A DNA stretch of 64,000 nt from Bacteroidota bacterium (GTDB lineage Bacteria; Bacteroidota; Rhodothermia; Rhodothermales; JBCCMF01): positions 810-64,809 of the forward strand of contig JBCDJT010000004.1 in assembly GCA_038747545.1 (NCBI GenBank). The letters are read 5' to 3'. A program made the translations under genes and the position numbers. Below, one piece after another: positions 22,378 through 32,468 of this stretch (its first letter is position 1; each line of letters opens with the position of its first letter). The notes under the pieces were generated by a model that was not told where the DNA came from, made no database searches, and saw nothing but the letters and a program-made list of their open reading frames with translations.

Positions 22378-22953
22378 ATGTCTCCAGGCGATGTCACCCT
22401 GCTGCTCCGCGACATGAAGGCGGGCAAGCCAGAGGCGATGGATGCGCTCATGCCCGTCGTCTACGAGGAGCTGCGCGCGATGGCGCATCACAAGCTGCGC
22501 GCCGAGCGGAACGACCACACGCTCAACACGACGGCGCTCGTCCACGAGGCGTACCTCAAGATCGTGGATCAGCGCTGGGCGAACGTCCACGACCGGGCGC
22601 ACTTCCTGGCCATCGCGGCGCAGGCGATGCGGCGGGTCCTCGTCAGCTACGCCCGGCAGCGGCATGCCCAGAAGCGCGGCGGCCACGACACCCCGCTCCC
22701 CCTGGACGACCACCTCAACACACTCTCGCTCGCCTTCTCGCCGGACCACCTGGACCAGCTGCTCTCGCTGGACGACGCGATGACCAAGCTGGAGGTCTTC
22801 AACGAGCGCGGATGCCGCGTGGTGGAGTACCGCTTCTTTGGCGGCATGACCCACGAGGAGGTGGCCCGGGTGATGAACGTCTCGGTGCCGACGGTGCGCC
22901 GCGCCTGGACCACCTCGCGGCTCTGGCTGCGGCAGACGATGCAGGCGGCATGA
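22378..22953 (+). CDS. ECF sigma factor (Sigma70_ECF/PF07638-like, kinase-associated type), copy 1
   Basis: Reads MSPGDVTLLLRDMKAGKPEAMDALMPVVYEELRAMAHHKLRAERNDHTLNTTALVHEAYLKI... with sigma-4 YRFFGGMTHEEVARVMNVSVPTVRR. Its stop overlaps the kinase start (ATGA at 22950-22953). Confidence 0.88.
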   Translation: MSPGDVTLLLRDMKAGKPEAMDALMPVVYEELRAMAHHKLRAERNDHTLNTTALVHEAYLKIVDQRWANVHDRAHFLAIAAQAMRRVLVSYARQRHAQKRGGHDTPLPLDDHLNTLSLAFSPDHLDQLLSLDDAMTKLEVFNERGCRVVEYRFFGGMTHEEVARVMNVSVPTVRRAWTTSRLWLRQTMQAA

Positions 22954-25400
22954 CCCGAGCACGCTGGATAGCGCTGGAGGACGCGTTCGAGCGCATCGAC
23001 GCGTTGCCCGCTACCGAGCAGGCCGCGGCGATGGCCGACCTGCGCGAACGCGACCCCGTCCTCCACGCTGACCTCGCGGCGCTGCGCGACAGCTACGCCG
23101 CCGAGCCGAATTTCCTGGAAACCGCCTTCGCGGGGTTGCCGCCGCCTCCCGCCCGTCCCCAGACAGGTTATGCGCCCGGCGACCAGATCGGCGTGTACGG
23201 CATCGTGCGGCTCTTGGGCGAGGGCGGCATGGGCAGCGTGTACCTTGTTGAGCGCGAGGCGCCGTACCAGCAGCAGGCCGCGCTCAAGGTGTTGCGCGTG
23301 CGGCCGGGCCGCGACATGGCCCAGCGGTTCCACGCCGAGCGGCAAATCCTGGCTACGCTGACGCACCCGCACATCGCCCGGCTCTTGGACGGCGGTACCA
23401 CGCCCGAGGGGCAGCCCTACTTCGTCATGGCGTACGTGGAGGGCGTCTCGATCACCCAGTACGCCCAGCAGCACCGCTTGGGGCTCGATGCGCGGCTGCG
23501 GCTGTTTCAGGCCGTGTGCCAAGCGGTGGCCTATGCGCACCGCAACCTGGTCGTGCATCGCGACCTCAAGCCCACCAACATCCTGGTCGATGGCGAGGGC
23601 ACGGTGAAGCTGCTCGACTTCGGCATTGCGAAGCTCCTGGCGCCCACCGCTGGGGCGCTGACGGTGGAGACGGGGCGCCTGATGACGCCCGGCTACGCCG
23701 CCCCGGAGCAGATCAAGGGCGAAGCCATCACCACCGCCACGGATGTGTACGCCCTGGGCGTGCTGCTCTACGAACTCCTGACCGACCAGCGCCTCCTCGA
23801 CCCCGCAGCCCACCCGGCCGAGGCGGCGCGGCACATCTGCGAGGCCCCACCCACCCGACCGTCAACGGCCATCACGGGTACGCCCGAGCACCTGCCGTAT
23901 ACGGCGCCTGCGTTGCGCAAGACGCTGCGCGGCGATCTCGACACGATGGTGCTGCACGCGCTCAACAAAGACCCCGAGCGCCGCTACGCCTCTGCCGACC
24001 AGTTCCACGACGACGTGGCCCGCTACCTCGGTGGCCTCCCGCTGAGCGCCCAGCCAGACAGCGTGGGGTATCGGCTGCGCAAGTTCGCCGGGCGGCACCG
24101 CGCGGGCGTGGCGGCGGCGGCGGCGTTCGTCCTGCTCCTCACAGCGGCGAGCCTTGCCCTAGCGCTCCAGGCCAGCCAGCTGCGTGCCACCACGTCTGAG
24201 GCTCTGCAAGCCCAGGCCGAGGCCGAGCAGGTCAGCGCGTTGTTAATCGACGTCTTTCGGGCGGCTGACCCGAACGTGGCCCAGGGCGCAGCGCCCACCG
24301 CGCGCGAGCTGCTCGACCGGGGCCGCGAGAAAGTGGCCGCCGAACTCGACGATCAGCCCGCGACGCGCGCGCAGCTGCTGGCGGTGCTGAGCGACGTGTA
24401 CGACGCCCTGGGCGCACCCGGCGATGCCTTGCCGATGGCCGAGGAGGTGCTCGCGCTCCGGCGCAGGCTGGCATCAGCCGATGCCGATGCTGACGTAGCC
24501 ACCGCGCTCAACCGCCTGGGCTGGCTGCATCACCAGCGCGGGGACCACGCCACCGCCGACTCCATCCTGAACGAAGCCCTCGCGATGCGCCGGGCAGTGC
24601 TCCGCTCGGACGACCCCCGCATCGGGCGTACGCTGAACGATCTGGGCGTGGTCAACCAGTCGCTGGAGCGGCTGGATCGCACGGCGGCGTACATCGAGGA
24701 GGCGCTGTCCATCCGCCGGGCGCACTACGGCCCCACGCACCGCGCCGTGGGCGTTACGCTCAACAACTTGGCCGCGCTGTACTGGGGCCAAGGCGACTAT
24801 GCCAAGGCCGAGCGCGCCTTCCGCGAGTCCTTGGTGGTGCTCGATGCCGAGGACGGCGCCCGAAGCCCGCGCTATGCCGTCGCCTTGCACAACATCGGGA
24901 CGGCGTTGCTCATGCAAGAGGCCTATGACCAAGCCGAAGGCGCGTACCGCCAGGCGCTGGCCATCCGCATGGCGGTCCTGGAACCGGGGCACAAAAACCT
25001 GGCAGATACGCAGTACGGCCTGGGCAACCTGTACAGCCGCATGGGGCGGCTGCGCGAGGCTGACAGCCTGCTCACGGCAGCTGTGGCCACCTACCGCGCC
25101 GGTCATGGCGATGCGTTTGGCCCCGCCGCCCACGCCCTCCTGTCGCTGGCCAAGGTGCGTACACAGCGCCACAGCGCCGACGCCCTAGACGTGCATCAAG
25201 AAGCCTATGCCGCAGCACAGGCCGCGTTTGGCGCGACCCACCGCGAGACGGTGACGGCAGGACTGCAGCTGGCCAAGGCATTGCCCGCTGCCGAGGCGCA
25301 GGCCTTCCTCCGCAACCTCCTCGCCCTACTTGATGCCGCAGGCAGCACCGACGCGGCGCGCGTCCAGGCCGCGCTGGATGACCTGAGCGCATCCATATAA
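22950..25400 (+). CDS. Ser/Thr protein kinase with one TM segment and C-terminal TPR repeats, copy 1
   Basis: Kinase motifs GEGGMGSVY, ALKVL, HRDLKPTNILV, DFGIAKLL and GYAAPEQ. TM segment AGVAAAAAFVLLLTAASLALAL, followed by TPR-like repeats. The start at MTRARW is coupled to the sigma gene. Confidence 0.9.
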   Translation: MTRARWIALEDAFERIDALPATEQAAAMADLRERDPVLHADLAALRDSYAAEPNFLETAFAGLPPPPARPQTGYAPGDQIGVYGIVRLLGEGGMGSVYLVEREAPYQQQAALKVLRVRPGRDMAQRFHAERQILATLTHPHIARLLDGGTTPEGQPYFVMAYVEGVSITQYAQQHRLGLDARLRLFQAVCQAVAYAHRNLVVHRDLKPTNILVDGEGTVKLLDFGIAKLLAPTAGALTVETGRLMTPGYAAPEQIKGEAITTATDVYALGVLLYELLTDQRLLDPAAHPAEAARHICEAPPTRPSTAITGTPEHLPYTAPALRKTLRGDLDTMVLHALNKDPERRYASADQFHDDVARYLGGLPLSAQPDSVGYRLRKFAGRHRAGVAAAAAFVLLLTAASLALALQASQLRATTSEALQAQAEAEQVSALLIDVFRAADPNVAQGAAPTARELLDRGREKVAAELDDQPATRAQLLAVLSDVYDALGAPGDALPMAEEVLALRRRLASADADADVATALNRLGWLHHQRGDHATADSILNEALAMRRAVLRSDDPRIGRTLNDLGVVNQSLERLDRTAAYIEEALSIRRAHYGPTHRAVGVTLNNLAALYWGQGDYAKAERAFRESLVVLDAEDGARSPRYAVALHNIGTALLMQEAYDQAEGAYRQALAIRMAVLEPGHKNLADTQYGLGNLYSRMGRLREADSLLTAAVATYRAGHGDAFGPAAHALLSLAKVRTQRHSADALDVHQEAYAAAQAAFGATHRETVTAGLQLAKALPAAEAQAFLRNLLALLDAAGSTDAARVQAALDDLSASI

Positions 25401-25512
25401 GCGCACATCCGAAAAAAGTGAGCGGTGTATGATCAGGTGACGGCTGTTTGTGCGCGTGTGTGAATAGGGGACGATTCCGTCCCATCACCCTTGAACCACA
25501 TACGCAGCCATC

Positions 25513-28500
25513 ATGATACCGCTACGCGCGCTAGTTCTGGCCTCCCTCCTCCTGCTGGCCGGGGCCGTCTACGGCTCCGCACCCGCCACAGCCGCCAGCC
25601 CTACAGACGGCACCCGAGCCGTCTCGGATAAACGCGCCTTTTTCGACGGAGAGGGCGAAGCACAGGTCTCCGAGCCCTACACCTTCGACGTCGGTTTTGA
25701 AAACACCAGCCAGGCCAGCGGCGGGCCCTTCTTGGTCACAGGCTCGGGCATCCGTACGACCGTCCCCACGCACTTTCAGGACATCGAGGTGTCAGACAAC
25801 AGGTGCAGCGCAGACGGCAACGTTATCGACTGTGACCTGGGTAGCGTAGGGCCCAACGAGAACGTCTACATCAGCATCACGGGCACACCAACAGCACCGG
25901 GGCAATCGACCATCACCGTCGTTGTCCGATCCAACGAGTTCGACCCCGATATCGGCAACAACACCGTCTCGGGTGTCGTCTCTGTCATCGAACCTCTGCC
26001 GGGCAGCATCTCAGGCCTGAAGTGGGCCGATAACGACGGCGATGGCGTGTTCGACGTCAACAGCGAGCCGGGGCTGGCCGACTGGCCCGTCTTCATCGAC
26101 CTCAACGGCGACGGCTCGGCAGGGGCCGATGAGCCCTCGCTGACGACCGACGCCAACGGCTCGTTCTTCTTCGGGGACCTGGAGCCCGGGACCTACACGG
26201 TCTGCGAGGGTAGCCGCCCCGGATGGGTACAGACGTTTCCCGCCTCCGGCTGCCACACCGTCACCGTGGAGCCGGGTCAGGCTGTGGAGGGCGTCAACTT
26301 CGGCAACCGACCCGCCGGAGAGATCGGCGGGCGAAAGTGGCACGACGAGAACGCCGACGGCGAGCAGAACAACGGCGAGCCGCCCCTGGAAGGCTTCGTC
26401 TTCTTCGCTGACCTCGACGGAAGCGGCACACTGGACGCTGGCGAACCGTCGTCCACGAGCAACGCGGAGGGGGCCTACCGCCTCACCGACCTCATGCCCG
26501 GCACCTACGTCGTACGTGAGCAGCCGCGCGAGGGCTGGCGCACGGTGACGCCTGCCAGCGGGCAGTACACGGTTGAGCTGGGCGGCAATAGCCCGCTCAT
26601 CCAAGAGGACTTCGACTTTGGCAACCAGCAGTACGGCCACATCCACGGCATCAAGTACCACGACATCAACCAGAACCGCGTGCAAGACATCGCGGAGGGC
26701 GAGTTCGGGCTCAGCGGCGTCACCATCCAACTCATCGACAGCCAAGGGACCGTGGTGCGCGAGCAGATGACCCACCCGATGGACGCCAACGAAGACGGCC
26801 TGTTCGATCCCGGCACCGAGATGGGGCTGTTCTGGTTCGAGAACGTCATTCCCGGCACGTACACCGTGCGCGAGGTCGTGCCCGAGGGCATCACCTCCTC
26901 CTCGCCGGATGGCAGCCAAACCGTGGACCTGACGCCGGGCCTGTTCGTCAACCTCAGCTTTGGCAACTTTGGGTATGTCGAGGACTGGGGTGACCTGCCG
27001 GACCCGCGCTTCATCCCCACGCCCACCCAGTGCGTGGCACCTAACCGTCCCAACGGCTCCCAATGCTACATCACGACCGGCGCACTTGGCCCTCACCACC
27101 TGTATGTTGCCAGCGACCCCAACCCGCTGCGCCTAGGTACGCTCATCGACAACGAGACGAACGGCCAACCCACCGCCGACGCCTATGGCGACGACAACGT
27201 GCCGCCCACCGCCGTCAACGGCGTGGACGACGAGGACGGCATCAGCACGCTGGCCTTCCAGAACGGCACGACGGCCACGCAGGGCTCGTTCGAGATCACC
27301 GTCTCTGGCCCTCCCGGACGCACGGCGCGTCTGGACGCCTGGATCGACTTCGACGACGACGGCCTTCTGCAAAACTCTGAGCAGATCTTCATCTCCTTCG
27401 CTATCCCCATCCCAGGCAGTGGTAGCGTCACGCAAACGCTCAGCTTCACGGTACCCCCTGGCTTCAACGGCGGCACCTTCGCCCGCTTCCGGCTGAGCTA
27501 CGTGGGCGGCCTCTTACCCTACGGCCCCGTGGTCGATGGCGAGGTGGAAGACTACGCGCTCATCGGCCTCGACTACGGCGATGCCCGCCAGTTTGAACTG
27601 GATGGCCTGCTCCCCGAGTTTCCGTCGGGCTATCCCGTGAACCTGGCAGCCAACGGCGCACGCCATGTGGTCACCTCGCAGGTTCGGCTGGGACCGATGG
27701 CCGACCCCGACCCCAACGGCGGCGACCCCACGATCCTCGCTTCCGGCGACGATGCGTTCATGGACGACGACGAGGACGGCATCGTGTTCGTCGATGGCGC
27801 GGTGCCGATGACGCTCCAGTTTGAAGACACTGTCCCCGACCCCGCTGCGGGTCAGCCGTGGCCGTTCACCGGTTTCTACCGCGATACTGAGGTGGAGGTG
27901 ATCCCGCTGGCCAGCGTCCAAGGCATGCTCAACGCGTGGATCGACTGGAACCGCGACGGCGACTGGGACGACGAGGGCGAGCAGATCTTCACCAACGAAC
28001 CTGTGAGCACGCAGGAAGACACCCTCCGCTTCCAGGTGCCCGCCGATGCCGTCTTCGGCTATACCTACGGCCGCTTCCGCTTCAACCGGCTGGGCAACCT
28101 CTCCGTCACAGGCGCCGGTGCCGATGGCGAGGTGGAAGACTACCTGCTGGCTACGCTGCCCCCGCTCGACTTCGGCGACGTGTCCGGCGTCTACCCTGCG
28201 ACCGCAGCAGAGATGGGCGCCCGGCATCAGGTGGGCGATCTCCGCCTCGGGGCCACCCTCACGCCCGACTTCGACGCTGGCATCCCCGTGGCCACCAAAG
28301 CCGACGATGATGACGGCGTGACGATGGCCGCTGAGCTGCTGCGCGGCGGCGCCGAAACCATCACCGTAGAGGTGGGCGGCCTAGGCAACGCCTTCCTCAA
28401 CGCCTGGATCGACTGGAACGGCGACGGCGATTGGGACGACGCCGACGAGCAGGTCGTGACGGACGAGGCCTTGGCGCCAGGGACGCACACACTTACCGTG

Positions 28501-28941
28501 AGCGTGCCCCTCTCCGCTACCTCGGGCGCGACGGGTGCGCGCTTCCGCCTCGGCGACAGCGGCGGCCTCGGCCCCATCGACCGCGCCAGCTTCCCGGTCA
28601 CCACGGGCGAGGTGGAGGACTACGTCGTGTCGATCAGCGCCTCGGCGGTGAGCGTGGAGGACGACGGCGTGCTGCCCCAAGCGTTCGCGCTCCACGGCAA
28701 CTACCCCAACCCGTTCAACCCGACCACCACCCTGCACTTCGACTTGCCCGAGGCTTCAGTCGTGCGGATCCAGGTCTTCAACCTACTGGGTCAGGCGGTA
28801 CGCACGGTCGTCGATGAGCAGCGGCCAGCCGGACGGCATTCGGTGCGCTTCGACGCCACCGACCTGCCTTCGGGCACCTACCTCTACCGCATGGACGCGG
28901 GCCGCTTCTCGCAGGTACGGCAGATGGTGCTGCTCAAGTAA
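25513..28941 (+). CDS. Secreted T9SS-sorted protein with SdrD-B-like repeats and three GEVED domains
   Basis: Signal peptide present. Three SdrD B-like units (GSISGLKWADNDGDG, GEIGGRKWHDENADG, GHIHGIKYHDINQN). Three (A/G)RFR...GEVEDY units. C-terminus is NYPNPFNPTTTLHFDLP...YLYRMDAGRFSQVRQMVLLK. Confidence 0.85.
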   Translation: MIPLRALVLASLLLLAGAVYGSAPATAASPTDGTRAVSDKRAFFDGEGEAQVSEPYTFDVGFENTSQASGGPFLVTGSGIRTTVPTHFQDIEVSDNRCSADGNVIDCDLGSVGPNENVYISITGTPTAPGQSTITVVVRSNEFDPDIGNNTVSGVVSVIEPLPGSISGLKWADNDGDGVFDVNSEPGLADWPVFIDLNGDGSAGADEPSLTTDANGSFFFGDLEPGTYTVCEGSRPGWVQTFPASGCHTVTVEPGQAVEGVNFGNRPAGEIGGRKWHDENADGEQNNGEPPLEGFVFFADLDGSGTLDAGEPSSTSNAEGAYRLTDLMPGTYVVREQPREGWRTVTPASGQYTVELGGNSPLIQEDFDFGNQQYGHIHGIKYHDINQNRVQDIAEGEFGLSGVTIQLIDSQGTVVREQMTHPMDANEDGLFDPGTEMGLFWFENVIPGTYTVREVVPEGITSSSPDGSQTVDLTPGLFVNLSFGNFGYVEDWGDLPDPRFIPTPTQCVAPNRPNGSQCYITTGALGPHHLYVASDPNPLRLGTLIDNETNGQPTADAYGDDNVPPTAVNGVDDEDGISTLAFQNGTTATQGSFEITVSGPPGRTARLDAWIDFDDDGLLQNSEQIFISFAIPIPGSGSVTQTLSFTVPPGFNGGTFARFRLSYVGGLLPYGPVVDGEVEDYALIGLDYGDARQFELDGLLPEFPSGYPVNLAANGARHVVTSQVRLGPMADPDPNGGDPTILASGDDAFMDDDEDGIVFVDGAVPMTLQFEDTVPDPAAGQPWPFTGFYRDTEVEVIPLASVQGMLNAWIDWNRDGDWDDEGEQIFTNEPVSTQEDTLRFQVPADAVFGYTYGRFRFNRLGNLSVTGAGADGEVEDYLLATLPPLDFGDVSGVYPATAAEMGARHQVGDLRLGATLTPDFDAGIPVATKADDDDGVTMAAELLRGGAETITVEVGGLGNAFLNAWIDWNGDGDWDDADEQVVTDEALAPGTHTLTVSVPLSATSGATGARFRLGDSGGLGPIDRASFPVTTGEVEDYVVSISASAVSVEDDGVLPQAFALHGNYPNPFNPTTTLHFDLPEASVVRIQVFNLLGQAVRTVVDEQRPAGRHSVRFDATDLPSGTYLYRMDAGRFSQVRQMVLLK

Positions 28942-29085
28942 GCCTCCTGCTTGTCGAGATCCTGTAGCTGGCGGGCGGGCTCCTTCGGGGGTGCGCCCGT
29001 CTCGCGTATGTCTTCCCCTACCATTGCTTCTCTCCGTGCCGATGGTTTAGTTCAGCGCATCCTCCTGTCACACTGTGCTGCGTCC

Positions 29086-31089
29086 ATGCGCTCGTTGTTT
29101 CTCTTCACCGCTCTTGTCCTCAGCGGCTGTGCGCCGTCGTCCCCCAAACACACACCGCCCAACATCATCGTCATCCTCGCCGACGACCTCGGCTATGGCG
29201 ATGTGGGGGCGTACAACCTTGACTCCAAGATCCCGACGCCACACATGGATCGGCTGGCGGCAGAGGGGTTGCGGTTCACCGATGCCCACAGCCCGTCGGC
29301 GGTGTGTACGCCTACGCGGTACGGCTTGCTGACGGGGCGCTACGCATGGCGGACGGGCCTAAAACGCGGCGTGACGTGGGGCTACGACCCGCTGCTGCTC
29401 GACACGGCCCGCGTTACCATCGCCGACGTGCTGGGTGAGGCGGGCTACGCCACGGCGGGCATCGGCAAGTGGCACCTCGGACTGGGCACAGCGGATTCGG
29501 TCGACTATCACGCGGGCGAATACGGCGTCGGCCCCAACGACTTTGGCTTCGACCACTACTTCGGCATCCCCGCCTCGCTCGATATGGAGCCGTACGTCTA
29601 CATCGAGGACGGTCGCACCGTGCAAGCGCCCACCGACGCTATCGATGCCGAAGTCGGGTGCTGTATGGGGCCGTTCTACCGCGCCGGGCCGATTGCGCCC
29701 GAATTCGACATCTACGAGACCACGCCGATCTTGGCCGACCGTGCCGTCGCCTACATCGAGCAGGCCTCGGCAACCGAACAGCCCTTCTTCCTCTACCTCC
29801 CGCTCCCGTCGCCGCACACGCCGTGGGTGCCGACGGCAGCATTCGATGGCACCAGCCAAGCCGGGATGTATGGCGACTTCGTGGCGCAGGTCGATGCCGT
29901 CATCGGGCAAGTGCTGGAAGCGCTGGAGGCGCAAGGTCTGGCCGAGCATACGCTCATCGCCGTCACCAGCGACAACGGCGCGTACTGGCCCGATAGCGAG
30001 ATTGAGCGGTTCGAGCACCGTGCCAACGGCCCGTGGCGCGGCATGAAGGCCGATATCTGGGAGGCCGGGCATCGCGTCCCGCTCCTGATGCGCTGGCCAG
30101 GGCGCATAGCACCGGGCACTACCACCGACGGCCTCACCATGCTCACCGACCTGTTCGCCACCCTCGCCGCTTCGGCGGGCGCTGCCGTTCCCGAGCATGC
30201 CGCGCCGGACAGCTACGACCAGTCGCTGCTCTTCCACGCGCCCGATCAGCCGGTACGCGCAGACGGCGTAATGCATTCGAGCCGCGGCGTATTCGCTGTT
30301 CGGCAGGGACCGTGGAAGCTGATCCGCGGGCTGGGCAGCGGTGGCTTCACGCGCCCTACCCAACCTGCCGCCGAGCCGGGCGGCCCGACCGTGCAGTTGT
30401 ATCACCTGGATGATGACCCGGCCGAGACCCGTAACCTCGCGCTCGAACGTCTCGACGTGGTCGCCGAACTCAGCAACCTGCTCGACCAGCAGATCCGCCA
30501 AGGCCACAGCCAGCCCGTCGCCGCCGATGAGACGTGGGGCGCACTGTTTGATGGCGCGACCTTCAGCGGCTGGGATGGCCCACGCCCGTACTTCCGCCTC
30601 GAAGACGACGCCATCGTGGCCGGCACGTTGGATGCCGACATCCCCAAGAACCAGTTCCTCTGCACCCGCGGCGAGTATACCGACTTCGACTTGCGCCTCC
30701 AGTTCAAGGTGTTGGGCGGCGGCGCTAACGCAGGCGTCCAGTTCCGCACGGCACGCATCCCCAACGACCACGAGGTGCGCGGCTACCAAGCCGACCTGGG
30801 CGACGGCTGGTACGGCAGCCTCTACGACGAGTCCCGCCGCGACCGCCTCCTCGCCACCGCCGACGCCTCCACGATTGAGCGCATCCTCAACCGCGACGAC
30901 TGGAACGACTACCACATCCGCGCCGACGGCCCCAACATCACGCTTGCCATCAACGGCACCGAGACCGTCCGCTACACGGAGCCCCTGCAGCAGATTGCTC
31001 GCACCGGGCGCGTCTGCCTCCAGATCCACAGCGGCCCGCCGAGCGAGGCGTGGTACCGTTCTATCGATATCCAACCGTTGGCGCCATGA
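29086..31089 (+). CDS. Lipoprotein sulfatase (formylglycine type) fused to a C-terminal DUF1080/3-keto-disaccharide-hydrolase-like domain
   Basis: Starts MRSLFLFTALVLSGC (lipobox). Sulfatase motifs ILADDLGYGDVG and SPSAVCTPTRYGLLTGRY (CxPxR). C-terminal ~190 aa read WGALFDGATFSGWDG...NAGVQFR...GYQADLGDGWYGSLYDE...LQIHSGPPSEAWYRSIDIQ. Confidence 0.85.
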   Translation: MRSLFLFTALVLSGCAPSSPKHTPPNIIVILADDLGYGDVGAYNLDSKIPTPHMDRLAAEGLRFTDAHSPSAVCTPTRYGLLTGRYAWRTGLKRGVTWGYDPLLLDTARVTIADVLGEAGYATAGIGKWHLGLGTADSVDYHAGEYGVGPNDFGFDHYFGIPASLDMEPYVYIEDGRTVQAPTDAIDAEVGCCMGPFYRAGPIAPEFDIYETTPILADRAVAYIEQASATEQPFFLYLPLPSPHTPWVPTAAFDGTSQAGMYGDFVAQVDAVIGQVLEALEAQGLAEHTLIAVTSDNGAYWPDSEIERFEHRANGPWRGMKADIWEAGHRVPLLMRWPGRIAPGTTTDGLTMLTDLFATLAASAGAAVPEHAAPDSYDQSLLFHAPDQPVRADGVMHSSRGVFAVRQGPWKLIRGLGSGGFTRPTQPAAEPGGPTVQLYHLDDDPAETRNLALERLDVVAELSNLLDQQIRQGHSQPVAADETWGALFDGATFSGWDGPRPYFRLEDDAIVAGTLDADIPKNQFLCTRGEYTDFDLRLQFKVLGGGANAGVQFRTARIPNDHEVRGYQADLGDGWYGSLYDESRRDRLLATADASTIERILNRDDWNDYHIRADGPNITLAINGTETVRYTEPLQQIARTGRVCLQIHSGPPSEAWYRSIDIQPLAP

Positions 31090-32468
31090 CTCGCCACCTG
31101 CTGTTCCTCGCGCTGTTGCTTACGGGCGGATGCTCCACGCCTGATGAGCCCGCGCTGCCACCCAACATCGTGTTCTTCCTGACGGACGATCAGCGGTTCG
31201 ACATGATGGGCACCATCAGCCCGTGGCTGCACACGCCGCACATGGACCGCATGGCTGCGGAGGGCGTGCGCTTTGACAACGCGTTCGTCACCACGTCGAT
31301 CTGCGCCGCCAGCCGGGCCAGCATCCTCACGGGCACCGTCGAGCTGACGCACGGCTACACGTTCATGCGGCCACCGCTCGCGCAGGCGTTCTCCGACCTG
31401 GCCTACCCGAAGCTCATGCGCGAGGCCGGGTACCACACGGGCTTCGTGGGCAAGCTAGGCGTACAGCTCGCCGACAGCCTGGCGACGGACAAGTGGTTCG
31501 ACGCCTTCATCCCGCTCCACCGCAATCCCTACTTCAAGCCCCAACCCGACGGCACGCTGCGCCACCTGACCGACCTCACCGCCGACCACGCCATCCGCTA
31601 CATCGAGGCGCGCGCGGCGGACCAGCCGTTCATGCTCTCGGTGAGCTTCAACGCGCCGCATGCCGAGGACAACGACGAGCGGCAGTACATCTGGCCCGCC
31701 GCGTTCGACACGTTCTACCAATCGCTCGACGTGCCCGCGCCGCCGCTGGCCACCCCGCCATTCTTCGCCGACCTGCCGCCGTACCTGCGCGATCCCGAGG
31801 TGAACATGAACCGCTACCGCTGGCACTGGCGCTTCGACACGCCAGAGAAAGCCGAGGCGATGACGAAGGGCTACTACCGCATGATCACCGCCGTCGATGC
31901 CGCCATCGGGCGCGTGTGGGACGCGCTAGAAACGCAGGGCCTCGCTGAGAACACCATCCTCGTGCTCATGGGCGACAACGGCTACTTCCTGGGCGAGCGC
32001 GGCTACGCGGGCAAGTGGCTGCCGCACGAGCCGTCCATCCGCGTGCCGCTCGTCGTCTACGACCCGCGCCATCCCGAATACGCGGGGCGCCACCCCGAAG
32101 CGTTCGCCCTCAACATCGACCTGCCAACCACCTTCCTCGACTGGGCTGGGCTTCCCATTCCCGACGTGATGCAAGGCCGCAGCCTGCGCCCGCTCTTGGC
32201 AGGTGCCTCGCCCGGCGATTGGCGCACGGCCTTCTGGATTGAACACCGGATGCCGCACCCACAGATTGTAGAACACGAGGGCGTGCGCACCGAGCGCTAC
32301 AAATACACCCGCTATCTCCCCCACCAGCACGAAACGCTCTACGACCTCACCGCCGACCCGCTCGAAAGGCAGAACCTCGCGACATCCTCAGACCACAGCG
32401 CTACCCTGGCTGCTTTGCGCGTTCGCACGGATAGCCTGCGAGTCGCGTATGCGCCGCCTCAGCGCTGA
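31086..32468 (+). CDS. Lipoprotein sulfatase (CxAxR variant)
   Basis: Starts MTRHLLFLALLLTGGC. Motifs FLTDDQRFDMMG and TTSICAASRASILTG. The start overlaps the previous stop (ATGA at 31086-31089). Confidence 0.85.
   Translation: MTRHLLFLALLLTGGCSTPDEPALPPNIVFFLTDDQRFDMMGTISPWLHTPHMDRMAAEGVRFDNAFVTTSICAASRASILTGTVELTHGYTFMRPPLAQAFSDLAYPKLMREAGYHTGFVGKLGVQLADSLATDKWFDAFIPLHRNPYFKPQPDGTLRHLTDLTADHAIRYIEARAADQPFMLSVSFNAPHAEDNDERQYIWPAAFDTFYQSLDVPAPPLATPPFFADLPPYLRDPEVNMNRYRWHWRFDTPEKAEAMTKGYYRMITAVDAAIGRVWDALETQGLAENTILVLMGDNGYFLGERGYAGKWLPHEPSIRVPLVVYDPRHPEYAGRHPEAFALNIDLPTTFLDWAGLPIPDVMQGRSLRPLLAGASPGDWRTAFWIEHRMPHPQIVEHEGVRTERYKYTRYLPHQHETLYDLTADPLERQNLATSSDHSATLAALRVRTDSLRVAYAPPQR

Noticed and set aside
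29359-31074. 571-aa minus-strand ORF
   Set aside because: It is antisense to the sulfatase-DUF1080 gene, which has clear catalytic motifs and a lipoprotein signal.
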